From a virus: a stretch of 64,000 nucleotides of DNA. Numbering within the stretch: position 1 is the first letter of the stretch; each line of letters opens with the position of its first letter. The stretch covers positions 1-64,000 of the IMG/VR virus record IMGVR_UViG_3300009408_000003; one strand, written 5' to 3'. The notes under the pieces were generated by a model. That model was not told the DNA's origin. It made no database searches and worked only from the letters and a program-made list of their open reading frames with translations. Positions 1 through 9,152 of the stretch are shown here, in pieces. Both the position numbers and the translations under genes were made by a program.

Positions 1-1755
1 TCTATCTGGCGGTAATATACTATATAATTTAGATAATTTTTCTGCGCTTGGTATTGTTAATAAACTTGGATATATATTTTGTTGTTTAATAGCAGCATAT
101 TCATATCCCGCTGAATTAGGATAATAAGTAGCTCCATCATTTATAACGGTATCCCTGTAATTTGCAATATATGATTCTCCAAATGAAATATTTCTTTGTG
201 ATATTATTAATGTAGATTGCGGTGAAATCTGTTGTAGCGTTACAAATTCATTAGGATTTACTGCATCTTGTCCAGATTGAGGTACACTAAAATTATTATC
301 TGTGTCTGTATGAGCTACATTGACCGGTATATTAGTCAAATCTGAATATCCAACTTGATGTGGATTGCCTGATGTTAATTGAGAATGCGCATATCCCGCA
401 TTCCATTCAGTACTACTACCACTTAATGCGGCTATATAACCACTAAATATAGCATCGTTTCCATATAGTGTTCCTGTCAATGCACTTCCAGTACCTACAG
501 TAAGTGGTAAATAATTATTTATGTTTGTTGTTTGAGATGCATCGATTTGTGAACTTCCGCTTACAATACCAGCTGGAATGCTTACAATATTTGGATAAAT
601 TACTTGTGAACTTCCGCTAAATAAAGTTGGTAGATTAGATATGTTAGAATAATCAATATCAGCTGCAGTTACGCCAGTTACTTGTGAACCATCTCCTTTA
701 AATCCTATCGACGATGAAACTTGATAATTTAATAAAATAGTTTGTGATGCGTGTTCCCAAACTAATGATGGATTTGCTTGACTTAAAATATCAATCTCAA
801 TACCGCCACCATCAGCAGTAGCTGAATTTATTGAACCACTTGCAACTGTAATTAATTTATCTGTTATTTTTAGTGCACTTGTTTTAATTTCTGTAGCAGC
901 GCCTAATACAACTAAATCACCATTTATTGTTAAATCGCCAGTAAACGAGCCAGTATTAAATGTTACATTAGATATACTATTTATATCTTGGTTTAAGTTA
1001 CCGACATAACCCCATTGCACACTAGAAATTGTACTTGAATCAATATTTGCAAGTTGAGTGATTTCACTCGGTGTTAAACTATTTAATAAAGATTGAGATA
1101 CTACTCCATCTATATCTAGTTTGTTCTTTATACCGTTTGTAAAGTGGTTCGAACCAGTATCTAACGTTATTGTTTTTGAAGTAACAAGTGTACCACCACC
1201 ACTTAATCCGTTACCTGCAGTTATTATTAGTGTTGAATGGTCTATATGTTGATTTAAAACATAGTTTGTAGTTAAGTTATGATCAATTTGAGCAGAACCA
1301 CTAACTAATGTTGGGTTGTTTATAATATTAGGCCAATCAACTATAATTGAACCACTAATATTAATGGCGTCAATTGTATCTGCATATATTTTATTCCATT
1401 GTTTAGCAGGAGAACCTAAATCATATGTAGCATCAATTTCTGGAATTAAAGAGCCTGATAAAGGAGCTCCTACAATAATTGTATCATTGCTACCACTACC
1501 AAGTGTAATACTACCGCCTATAAATAAATTACCTTCTAAATCTATGTTCCCAGAAAAAATTGCTGATGATGCAGTTATGTTACCAATTAAATTTAAATCA
1601 CCTGTATTTGATCCATCTAATTTAATTAATGTTATATAACTACCAAATTCATCAATTCCAATATTAAAAGTAGTATTAGTAGTTTCTAAAAAAGGTTCTG
1701 CAGTGACTAAACTTTCTATTGTTGTGTTATTTCTTAATTGTAATATTGCAGCCAT
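1..1755 (-). CDS. Tail fibre / structural protein, partial (3' end runs off the window; absent from the ORF track)
   Basis: ATG at 1755 (MAAILQLRNNTTIESL). The frame is open where I read it and at the window edge (...KLSKLYSILPPDR). It is G/S/T-rich with fibre-type motifs LIPEIDATYDLGSPAKQWNKIY and ITAGNGLSGGG, and has an ATATTTATA motif 28 nt upstream. Confidence 0.7.
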   Translation of the reverse strand, partial: MAAILQLRNNTTIESLVTAEPFLETTNTTFNIGIDEFGSYITLIKLDGSNTGDLNLIGNITASSAIFSGNIDLEGNLFIGGSITLGSGSNDTIIVGAPLSGSLIPEIDATYDLGSPAKQWNKIYADTIDAINISGSIIVDWPNIINNPTLVSGSAQIDHNLTTNYVLNQHIDHSTLIITAGNGLSGGGTLVTSKTITLDTGSNHFTNGIKNKLDIDGVVSQSLLNSLTPSEITQLANIDSSTISSVQWGYVGNLNQDINSISNVTFNTGSFTGDLTINGDLVVLGAATEIKTSALKITDKLITVASGSINSATADGGGIEIDILSQANPSLVWEHASQTILLNYQVSSSIGFKGDGSQVTGVTAADIDYSNISNLPTLFSGSSQVIYPNIVSIPAGIVSGSSQIDASQTTNINNYLPLTVGTGSALTGTLYGNDAIFSGYIAALSGSSTEWNAGYAHSQLTSGNPHQVGYSDLTNIPVNVAHTDTDNNFSVPQSGQDAVNPNEFVTLQQISPQSTLIISQRNISFGESYIANYRDTVINDGATYYPNSAGYEYAAIKQQNIYPSLLTIPSAEKLSKLYSILPPDR

Positions 1756-1806
1756 TTATTTGTATTCTATCTCTTATCTTTATATAAATATAACTAATTA
1801 ATAATT

Positions 1807-1846
1807 GTGAACTACCCATCCACGTAAAAAGCGATGAATGGGTTTT
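1807..1846 (+). mobile_element. Orphan IS200/IS605-family end-like hairpin (possible MITE-like remnant)
   Basis: GTGAACTACCCATCCACGTAAAAAGCGATGAATGGGTTTT resembles the GTxAACTACCC...hairpin ends of IS200/IS605 elements. It is intergenic, with no tnpA/tnpB/iscB nearby. Confidence 0.4.
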
Positions 1847-1872
1847 ACACTCATTCTATAAAAATTAACCAT

Positions 1873-2613
1873 TTATAATGTTGTTTCGGAATTCCATATT
1901 ACTTTTTTTATTGTTAACGCTTTTTGAGTAGTTGGTTGATTTGCAAATTTTTCGGGTAATAAATATGCATTCACTACCATACTAAAATTTGTTTTAACAA
2001 CACGTTGCGCACCATCAGTAACCTCCGTTGTATTATCAAATGAATCTATTTTTGTTCTAAATTTAAATCCATTTTTATTACCCCAATAATCATCGGTTGC
2101 ATATTGAAATGCTTCTACTATTGTATTCATTTGTTCTATAAAATCAGTCCAAATAATCACTTCGTATGTTAATGTTACATAATCTGGCATTGTAATATTA
2201 TATTGTATAACTGGTCTAGTAGTATTTATCATGCTAGAAAATAAATCATACTTATGTTTTGCAGAATATCTTGACACAGCTGGATATGTAACATGACGGT
2301 TCATCATACTTTGTAAATTTTCATCACGATCAACAGATGTTCGTTTAAATATTACCAACGGTATTTGCACTTGACCTTTTTTATCACGTAAAAATCCCTC
2401 TTTTTGTATAGATGTCCAACGTTCTAATCCAGCATATAAAACGGGTACTTTTACGGAATCGCCCAAAATTTCAAGAGTTGGCATAATGTTATCAATCATG
2501 TGTTCCGCTATTGTTGAATCAATATCGTATAATTTAATACCAGCATTAAATTGTTTTTCAGTTTTTAGTTGAGTTGCTCGGTTTAAATCTTTTTTTAGTG
2601 GATCAGTTGCCAT
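1873..2613 (-). CDS. Tail completion / sheath stabiliser (T4 gp15-like)
   Basis: PVLYAGLERW...QIPLVIFKRTS and the TYEVIIWTDFIEQMNTIVE pattern; third gene of the neck cluster. Confidence 0.6.
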   Translation of the reverse strand: MATDPLKKDLNRATQLKTEKQFNAGIKLYDIDSTIAEHMIDNIMPTLEILGDSVKVPVLYAGLERWTSIQKEGFLRDKKGQVQIPLVIFKRTSVDRDENLQSMMNRHVTYPAVSRYSAKHKYDLFSSMINTTRPVIQYNITMPDYVTLTYEVIIWTDFIEQMNTIVEAFQYATDDYWGNKNGFKFRTKIDSFDNTTEVTDGAQRVVKTNFSMVVNAYLLPEKFANQPTTQKALTIKKVIWNSETTL

Positions 2614-3167
2614 TAGTATATCCTATCTTCTATTTGTATTTGTGATCTTCTTACCATAAATCCAGCTACTATTAATTCCATTCTTGCATCTTGAAATGAA
2701 TTTGTTTTTTCATCATAAATTGTTGGTGAACCACCTACTAATTTATGTTCTCGTGTATGATTAATTTCATAATACGCACTATCAAATTTAATAATATCAC
2801 CGATTTGTGGATAACCATAAATACTGTTTTGAATAGCACCTGCTGGAATTTGTACTCCGTTTATATCATGTAATTGTGGTATTTGATGAGTTCGTAATCT
2901 ATGTCTCATAAATCTAAATTCTACTAATTGTGTTTTATCTGGCCCAAATCCTTCATAAATTACGTTTTGCGGTTCTCTATCCACAATACACATTAGATTT
3001 GTTGGCATATGATATATTTTACCTAGTGATTCTCCATATAAATTTGTTTTACTTTCGCCTACTGACATTTTAAATAATGTAATACTTTGCTCTGTTACAT
3101 AATCTACAACTTCTTCTGAAATTGTCTTTATAAACGTTAAATCTTTATTATTAAAAAACTTTGGCAT
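2613..3167 (-). CDS. Neck / head-closure protein (T4 gp14-like)
   Basis: SKTNLYGESLGK and PQIGDIIKFDSAYYEI motifs; lies between the gp13-like and gp15-like genes. Confidence 0.6.
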   Translation of the reverse strand: MPKFFNNKDLTFIKTISEEVVDYVTEQSITLFKMSVGESKTNLYGESLGKIYHMPTNLMCIVDREPQNVIYEGFGPDKTQLVEFRFMRHRLRTHQIPQLHDINGVQIPAGAIQNSIYGYPQIGDIIKFDSAYYEINHTREHKLVGGSPTIYDEKTNSFQDARMELIVAGFMVRRSQIQIEDRIY

Positions 3168-3183
3168 ATTTTATAGTTTTATA

Positions 3184-4335
3184 TTATGCGATATATATTG
3201 GTAATGGGACTCTACCCATTATAGCTTCTTGCTGTTCACTTATTGCTGCTTCGTTTTCCATTCGTTGTTTTCTACTTACCTCATTTAAATTTTCGCGAAG
3301 TTGAGCGATTAATGTATCCTTTTCAGTTTGCGCTTCAGAACGAAGTGCAGCACCATCTAAAGATACTTCTGAACCTGGAATTGGTACTTGCGAATATTTT
3401 TCTCTAATCGCTCCTAGTAATTCTTTGGATAATGCCAAGGTATATTTTCGTATCCATTGAATACCCACATCATTAATTGTAGAATAATTTGCAAAATCGT
3501 ATCCGATATTTGAATAATCCGAAATCACTCCTGGCGTAACTGTTGTACTTCCACTTACAAATTCACTTTGTACTATATATTCGAACCATAATTTATCCTT
3601 TTTTAATGGTGACGGAAATACTTGTATTTTATTATTAACTATATTAAATGTAAATGCTGATTTTCTAATTTGATCATTTAATTCAATAGCTTGCATTCTT
3701 TGTAAATCTTCGTAGATAGGCATCAAAATAAATTGAGAAGCAGGTGAGAACGAACCAAACCCAAATTCATCTATTAAATTTAATGTTCCTTGTCCACTTA
3801 CTGAATATGGATCAAAAAAACGTTGTATAGCTGGAATTGCTTCATAAAATACTCGTGTTATATCAATACGTTCACCGCTTTCACTTACGTCTCCCCACAT
3901 AGCCTGTAAATCATAAGATTGTGTTCCAGGATATATAATTATTGAACCCTTTTTAACATCAGTTTTACCGCCAACATTAGTATATGTTCCGTATGTATCT
4001 GCTATTCTAAAAATGTTATTTAATTCTACTCCATTAACTGATTGACCAGTATAATTTGTAGTAGTTGCGTGTCCTTGCAACATTCCAAGATTATTTCTGA
4101 TATTAAATTGATTTACTTGAGCAGAATATTCAGATACAGCTTCTTCAAAACACGCAAAAATATTATCGCCGCCTAGTTCAACATCAATAATAGGATATCC
4201 TAATCTTGTTGCAACCCAACCAGCAACAGCCGGTGCATCTGTTTGAAACGTTGTATCTGAATCATACGTTCCAAACGGAGTTGAACTTCCAGATACAAAA
4301 TCTGCTGAGCCTGTCCATACAATATTTAATGACAT
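3184..4335 (-). CDS. Neck protein / head-tail adaptor (T4 gp13-like)
   Basis: LGYPIIDVEL N-terminal motif, WIRKYTLALSKELLG..R.KY and a C-terminal PLPIYIA. Confidence 0.7.
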   Translation of the reverse strand: MSLNIVWTGSADFVSGSSTPFGTYDSDTTFQTDAPAVAGWVATRLGYPIIDVELGGDNIFACFEEAVSEYSAQVNQFNIRNNLGMLQGHATTTNYTGQSVNGVELNNIFRIADTYGTYTNVGGKTDVKKGSIIIYPGTQSYDLQAMWGDVSESGERIDITRVFYEAIPAIQRFFDPYSVSGQGTLNLIDEFGFGSFSPASQFILMPIYEDLQRMQAIELNDQIRKSAFTFNIVNNKIQVFPSPLKKDKLWFEYIVQSEFVSGSTTVTPGVISDYSNIGYDFANYSTINDVGIQWIRKYTLALSKELLGAIREKYSQVPIPGSEVSLDGAALRSEAQTEKDTLIAQLRENLNEVSRKQRMENEAAISEQQEAIMGRVPLPIYIA

Positions 4336-4410
4336 ATTTAGTTCCTTTGTTTATATAGTTTACTATTATAAATATAGGTTTTTGAAAAACAAAAGAAAAA
4401 ATATAGACAT

Positions 4411-4442
4411 AAAAAAAATAGACCGATTAAAGTCTATTTTTT
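4411..4442. terminator. Bidirectional rho-independent terminator
   Basis: AAAATAGAC-CGATTAAA-GTCTATTTT hairpin flanked by A and T tracts, just downstream of ORF 4468..4713. Confidence 0.6.
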
Positions 4443-4467
4443 AAAAAAAAGAATAAATAAAGAAATA

Positions 4468-4713
4468 CTAACTTATTCGTTCATGTACTGTATGAATATC
4501 ACCACATTTATTACAGATACATATATTGTTATCTTTAAAACCTTCTGAATCTTCATAATCAAAAATGCTACTTACATTTTTCATTTTATAATTATTGAGT
4601 TCATAACATCTAGGACATCTAAGATGTTTTTTATTATATATTTCAATGAAATCTTCATATTGTTTACGATTAATCTTCCAATTTTTTCGTAAATTATTTA
4701 TGTGATTTTTCAT
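4468..4713 (-). CDS. Small Zn-ribbon protein (paralog of 45136..45426)
   Basis: CPRC...CICNKCGDIHTVHERIS. Confidence 0.65.
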   Translation of the reverse strand: MKNHINNLRKNWKINRKQYEDFIEIYNKKHLRCPRCYELNNYKMKNVSSIFDYEDSEGFKDNNICICNKCGDIHTVHERIS

Positions 4714-5359
4714 TATTACGAATTGGATGCCTTTGATATGTTTTTTGTGGTGAATATCGTCTAATTGGTCTTACACTACGTCTTTTATTTCGAGTATATG
4801 GTGTTGGAGTTACATATCTAATTGGGTGTGGTTTACTATTATAATGTTGTCTTGTATATGTATGTGAACGATTGTATCTAGTAGGCTGTTTAATTAGTCT
4901 AGTATTACGATGTATATTGTGAATATATTTATATGTATGTTTTGGATGTTTACGACCAACTGTATTCCATGAATTACGTTGATTCAATTCATTAATGTAA
5001 CGTAATCGTTGCATATAATAATAGTTTTGGTATGGTGGACTCCAATAATTCGTATAGTTGCGGTCATATAATGAAACACCATTCCACATATTGCAGTACT
5101 GCAATCCATTAATATATTGTGAATGTCTAAAATAATAGTAATCGTAAGGATGAATACCATTATATAAGGTATTATAATTCCAATGTGACCAAGGCGAATA
5201 AAAAAGACGGGTTTGATTATAATTATAATAATCAATTGTACGACTAAACGGACAGTTAATTGTCTCAGTATATCCAGATTGAACTGGAGTTTCAATAGAA
5301 CCGCATGATACAAATAAAAATGCGGTTAGTAACAATAATAATTTCAAAAAGTTTTTCAT
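4694..5359 (-). CDS. Lipoprotein with a Tyr/Asn/Arg/Pro/His-rich low-complexity body
   Basis: MKNFLKLLLLLTAFLFVS-C is a signal peptide II with a lipobox Cys. I moved the start to the Met at 5359. Confidence 0.7.
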   Translation of the reverse strand: MKNFLKLLLLLTAFLFVSCGSIETPVQSGYTETINCPFSRTIDYYNYNQTRLFYSPWSHWNYNTLYNGIHPYDYYYFRHSQYINGLQYCNMWNGVSLYDRNYTNYWSPPYQNYYYMQRLRYINELNQRNSWNTVGRKHPKHTYKYIHNIHRNTRLIKQPTRYNRSHTYTRQHYNSKPHPIRYVTPTPYTRNKRRSVRPIRRYSPQKTYQRHPIRNNEKSHK

Positions 5360-5393
5360 ATCTATAAGTATTACAAAAATCATACCAGCTATT

Positions 5394-5612
5394 CTAACTC
5401 AGTAAAAACGCTGATGCTAATAAACCGCCGAACCAATACCACCAACTTATATCAGTTGGAGAAGTCCATGCTAAAAATAATATAATTGTGGCTAATCCAA
5501 AAACAAAATTTAATGCTGAAAATATTCGTTTGTTGCTTTTAACAAGTCCTATAATTGTTGCAATTAAGGTAAACAATATAGTTGTTATGATTATTATTAA
5601 TTTTGGTTTCAT
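5394..5612 (-). CDS. Small membrane protein
   Basis: 72 aa with 2-3 hydrophobic segments. Confidence 0.6.
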   Translation of the reverse strand: MKPKLIIIITTILFTLIATIIGLVKSNKRIFSALNFVFGLATIILFLAWTSPTDISWWYWFGGLLASAFLLS

Positions 5613-5806
5613 TGTTTTAAGTTTAAATATTTAAATATAATTATATTATTATCATTATTAAGTTCAAAATCATAGCAATTTGTATTGTTTACAAACGTAG
5701 TTACATTTGATATTGTATCTGTTTCGAATGTTTCTAATGATAATTTAACATTTAGTTCATTATAATGATTAAGTACATCTTTTTTATTTTGATTATATAA
5801 TCGCAT
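5609..5806 (-). CDS. Hypothetical protein
   Basis: ORF coupled to the next gene by an ATGA overlap. Confidence 0.5.
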   Translation of the reverse strand: MRLYNQNKKDVLNHYNELNVKLSLETFETDTISNVTTFVNNTNCYDFELNNDNNIIIFKYLNLKQ

Positions 5807-5852
5807 TTTGTTGCACCTTGATAATTTTTTCTTTATGAGTTTTTATTTCATA

Positions 5853-6461
5853 TCATTTCATTTTAGGTCTAAATGAACGTTTTTTATCAAATCCATGTGA
5901 TACTATCTTACCAACGTTAGTTTGATTATCTGGTAATGGTGGGTTATCAATTAAAAATCCTAAAAATGTTTCAATATTAATATACATTTTTTTTGCACTC
6001 ATTATTTTATTAAAATCAAAGGTTTTTAATAGTGGAATTACATATTCATCAGCAGTTCCCCAACCGAAATCTTTTATTAGTATTGGTTCTCTATATTTTA
6101 GGTTTACATCAGTCGATACCCCATTTTTGGTATCGTAAAATGTTTGATATGAATTATCCGTAAGTGGATAAAATCTATATGGTATTTGCAAATTAGTATT
6201 ATGTTTAGTTCTTAATAGTGTATCCAACTGTTTTAATTCTTCCGCAGTATGATAAAATTCACCTCTAAAATCAAATATCGTATATAGTACACCACATATA
6301 TGGAATGTAAGTTCAGTTGGAGCTCCAGCTGATTCATTAAAGAATGGATATTGTTTAACATATGCAACAGTATTTCGTCTATCATATGTTTTAGTAGTAT
6401 CTATACCAAATACTCCTTGATAATAATCATAATAATCTTTTTGCTTACGTATAATTCTCAT
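5853..6461 (-). CDS. Conserved phage hypothetical protein
   Basis: 202-aa ORF (MRIIRKQKDYYDY...IVSHGFDKKRSFR) in operon-like spacing. Confidence 0.65.
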   Translation of the reverse strand: MRIIRKQKDYYDYYQGVFGIDTTKTYDRRNTVAYVKQYPFFNESAGAPTELTFHICGVLYTIFDFRGEFYHTAEELKQLDTLLRTKHNTNLQIPYRFYPLTDNSYQTFYDTKNGVSTDVNLKYREPILIKDFGWGTADEYVIPLLKTFDFNKIMSAKKMYINIETFLGFLIDNPPLPDNQTNVGKIVSHGFDKKRSFRPKMK

Positions 6462-6464
6462 AAT

Positions 6465-6936
6465 TTATATTTTATTGATTTTAGTATAACAACATTTTTT
6501 ATATTTCTTTCCACTTCCACACAAACAGTTATCGTTTCTGCCTAATTTATGAAATTTAACTTTAAGTTCTAAATCTTGTTTACGTTTAATTAATTGAGTT
6601 TCTAGTAATTTTTTTATTTTTAATCTATGCAATTCATCAAGTTTTTTTTGTCCTGCATCACTTTCTTGAATTTTAAATTTATAATTTGAAGTTGTAAATG
6701 AACTTAATAAACTCATTCCACTTGTTAAAATACTTGAATATATTTGTAAATGTTCTTTTTTTACTTGTTCTTTGTTTTTCAAGTTTTTCGATTGGAATAG
6801 TAGATAATAATACGGATTCATATTTAGTATCGCATTCATTACAATAATAATCTGATTTAAATATATCATGTTTATCATGAAGTGTAAAATCATTACAATG
6901 TTTGCACCAAATTCGTTTTACTATTTTAGTTGGCAT
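6465..6936 (-). pseudogene. Zn-finger + SEC-C motif protein split by a +1 frameshift
   Basis: The N-part (MPTKIVKRIWCKHC...CNEC, 6679..6936) and the C-part (ESDAGQK...KLGRNDNCLCGSGKKYKKCC, 6465..) overlap in different frames. They join near a 7-A run (T7 at 6756-6762 on +). Confidence 0.55.
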
Positions 6937-7297
6937 TACTTTTAAATTTTAAATAATTATTTAATAATCCATTAATATTCGATTTCGCAACAGTATTTGC
7001 TGATTGGACTTCCCAGTTTGGTAACGGTTTATTGTTATCCATGCAATATTCAACTACATACTTCGCTGCGTCATATCCTTCCATTTTTTCACCCAAATCA
7101 TTATCAAACGCAATTGTATCTGGTAATCCATTTTTTATAATCCAATCACAAAACTCATGATAAGTTTTTACCCATACTACATTGTTTCTATCAGCATTCC
7201 ATTCAGGTACATACATTAATAGCCAATCACATAAAAACGGATTTCTAATATCATCAAGCCAAAGAAGAATTTTTCTATTATTTGTTTGTTGTTTCAT
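6926..7297 (-). CDS. Cyclic-phosphate-processing receiver-like domain protein
   Basis: LWLDDIRNP, WVKTYHEF, IAFDNDLG, GYDAAKY and VQSAN motifs. I placed the start at MKQQ (7297). Confidence 0.65.
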   Translation of the reverse strand: MKQQTNNRKILLWLDDIRNPFLCDWLLMYVPEWNADRNNVVWVKTYHEFCDWIIKNGLPDTIAFDNDLGEKMEGYDAAKYVVEYCMDNNKPLPNWEVQSANTVAKSNINGLLNNYLKFKSNAN

Positions 7298-7328
7298 TTT
7301 CTTATTATTAATAAATATGAAAATAAAA

Positions 7329-7511
7329 TTAGGATATCTCAATTTTATTTTTATATTCTAAAAGTTCCACTAAAACTTCAAGTTTACCTATTAATTTAGC
7401 TTTTTCTGCTATGCTGTCTAATGATACATGTGAGGATATCTTACCAATTAAATCATAGTGTTTATTATTTTCTATAATTTTTTTTTCTAAGTATTCGGAT
7501 GTTATAATCAT
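7329..7511 (-). CDS. Hypothetical protein
   Basis: 60-aa ORF in a tightly packed small-gene run. Confidence 0.5.
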   Translation of the reverse strand: MIITSEYLEKKIIENNKHYDLIGKISSHVSLDSIAEKAKLIGKLEVLVELLEYKNKIEIS

Positions 7512-7672
7512 TTGTTTGAATTTAAAAATTTATATATTTCTCTAATACCACTGTCCATTATTTTAATATAATATGGTTTCCAACTTGTATCAAGCCACCC
7601 TTTTTTATAAAGTGTTTTACATTTTTTTCTGACTGCAGCTTGTAAATCACCCATCAAATAGCTATCTATCAT
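7508..7672 (-). CDS. Hypothetical protein, 54 aa (not in the ORF track)
   Basis: MIDSYLMGDLQAAVRKKCKTLYKKGWLDTSWKPYYIKIMDSGIREIYKFLNSNK*. It fills the gap and its TGA overlaps the next ATG. Confidence 0.6.
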   Translation of the reverse strand: MIDSYLMGDLQAAVRKKCKTLYKKGWLDTSWKPYYIKIMDSGIREIYKFLNSNK

Positions 7673-7676
7673 AATT

Positions 7677-7913
7677 TTATATTTTAGTTCCGTATTTATC
7701 TATTAATTGTTTTGCAATATCTACATCAAATTTCGTTCCCCAAGATAAAATATGTAAAATAGATTCATATTCATCTCTATTATCATATGTTCCAATATAT
7801 GCTTTAGACTCGTTCGAAATAGTATCAATAGCTAATACAACACCAATTCCATCTCGACCAGTAATCCAACAATAGCCAGTTACTTCTACATTGTTATTTA
7901 TAATTTTTTTCAT
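7677..7913 (-). CDS. Hypothetical protein
   Basis: 78-aa ORF, translationally coupled to its upstream neighbour. Confidence 0.6.
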   Translation of the reverse strand: MKKIINNNVEVTGYCWITGRDGIGVVLAIDTISNESKAYIGTYDNRDEYESILHILSWGTKFDVDIAKQLIDKYGTKI

Positions 7914-8272
7914 TTTTTAATATAATTATAGGGTTTATCCCATTTTCCGATAGTGATACTAGTATAAAAGTTTGGTATGTTTCCATAATCGCCATCAACC
8001 GATTCAATAGCGTTATCTTCATCAATTATTTCATAAACTTTAGATAAAAAATCAGATTTTTCTGAAAACTCTTTATAATGACTTTTAATATGAAAACAAT
8101 TTATTTGTTCATATTTTTCATCTATATCTTTTACTAAATCAATAGGGCCGGACAGTATTGATACATTAATACCTGAATAGTTATCTGTTCTTACTGAAAA
8201 CTTAAAATCAGGAAATGCTGATTTTAATAAGTTTCGTTTAATCTTTACACTTTCTTTTGATATATAAGGCAT
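7910..8272 (-). CDS. LPD29-like (large-polyvalent-protein-associated) domain protein
   Basis: LKSAFPDFKFSVRTDNYSGINVSILSGP and a C-terminal FYTSITIGKWDKPY. Confidence 0.5.
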   Translation of the reverse strand: MPYISKESVKIKRNLLKSAFPDFKFSVRTDNYSGINVSILSGPIDLVKDIDEKYEQINCFHIKSHYKEFSEKSDFLSKVYEIIDEDNAIESVDGDYGNIPNFYTSITIGKWDKPYNYIKK

Positions 8273-8315
8273 AATTTATAATTGTTATTGTTTATTTATT
8301 TTTACATAGTAAATA

Positions 8316-8363
8316 TACAAAAAATAAATCAGACTTCCTAATATTTTTGAAATTATTTTGCAT
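8316..8363 (-). promoter_or_regulatory. 48-bp repeated promoter-like element, copy 1
   Basis: Exact match to 9105..9152 (TACAAAAAATAAATCAGACTTCCTAATATTTTTGAAATTATTTTGCAT on +). Both copies lie ~45-50 nt upstream of start codons. Confidence 0.7.
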
Positions 8364-8391
8364 AAAAAAAGGGAATATTAGTATTCCCTTT
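8364..8391 (-). terminator. Rho-independent terminator
   Basis: AAAGGGAATA-TTAG-TATTCCCTTT hairpin with a U-tract on the minus strand. Confidence 0.75.
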
Positions 8392-8414
8392 ACTCTGAAT
8401 GTCAACTGAGTTAA

Positions 8415-8591
8415 TTATTTATCAATTAATTCTTTAATTTTACCGTAATTGAAATGTATAAACAATCCAAAACAAGCTCCAGCTACAAATGACCATCCTA
8501 AAATAAGTGAAACTACAAATCCTGCACCCCAACCTAAATTAGTAATGCCAGTTGTTTTAATCCATTCTTTAATTTTTTCAATAAATTTCAT
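8415..8591 (-). CDS. Small membrane protein
   Basis: MKFIEKIKEW...GWGAGFVVSLILGWSFVAGACFGLF. I moved the start to 8591 to avoid overlap with the DUF6011 gene. Confidence 0.55.
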   Translation of the reverse strand: MKFIEKIKEWIKTTGITNLGWGAGFVVSLILGWSFVAGACFGLFIHFNYGKIKELIDK

Positions 8592-8628
8592 AATATATAG
8601 TTTTAGTTCTACTATAAATATAAAATTT

Positions 8629-9054
8629 TTATTTTTTATGACCGGAACAAACTGGTCCAACTCCTTTTTTTATACTGTTGGCATCTGTTAATGTTTTACC
8701 ACAAACTAAACAATGACCTTCGTGCATTATTTCTACATTTTTATCTAGCCATTCAAATTTACCCTTTTCAACCCAATTCAAAATAAATGCGATTGCGGTT
8801 GCAGCGGGGTTTTTATTTATTAAACCTTTTTTAAAAAGTTTTCCGTTAAAGTATGAACCTAAATAATTAAAATTTAAATATTGATTTTCGCAACGCACAT
8901 GGGTGTACCATTTGTTTTTCCAAAATTTTCTACTTATTTTATACGTATAATCTTTATTAGTTTTTAAAGATTTAATGGTAAAAATTGCACCGTTATTATT
9001 CTTTTCTCGTGTTAACACGTTAGATAACGATTTTGATGAAATTACTACTGTCAT
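8629..9054 (-). CDS. DUF6011-like Zn-binding domain protein
   Basis: C-terminal CLVCGKTLTDANSIKKGVGPVC and N-terminal FTIKSLKTNKDYTYKI. Confidence 0.7.
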   Translation of the reverse strand: MTVVISSKSLSNVLTREKNNNGAIFTIKSLKTNKDYTYKISRKFWKNKWYTHVRCENQYLNFNYLGSYFNGKLFKKGLINKNPAATAIAFILNWVEKGKFEWLDKNVEIMHEGHCLVCGKTLTDANSIKKGVGPVCSGHKK

Positions 9055-9104
9055 ATCTTTTTAAATTTTAAAGGTTTAATTATTTCTTAATTACATAATA
9101 AATG

Positions 9105-9152
9105 TACAAAAAATAAATCAGACTTCCTAATATTTTTGAAATTATTTTGCAT
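9105..9152 (-). promoter_or_regulatory. 48-bp repeated promoter-like element, copy 2
   Basis: Exact match to 8316..8363. Confidence 0.7.
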
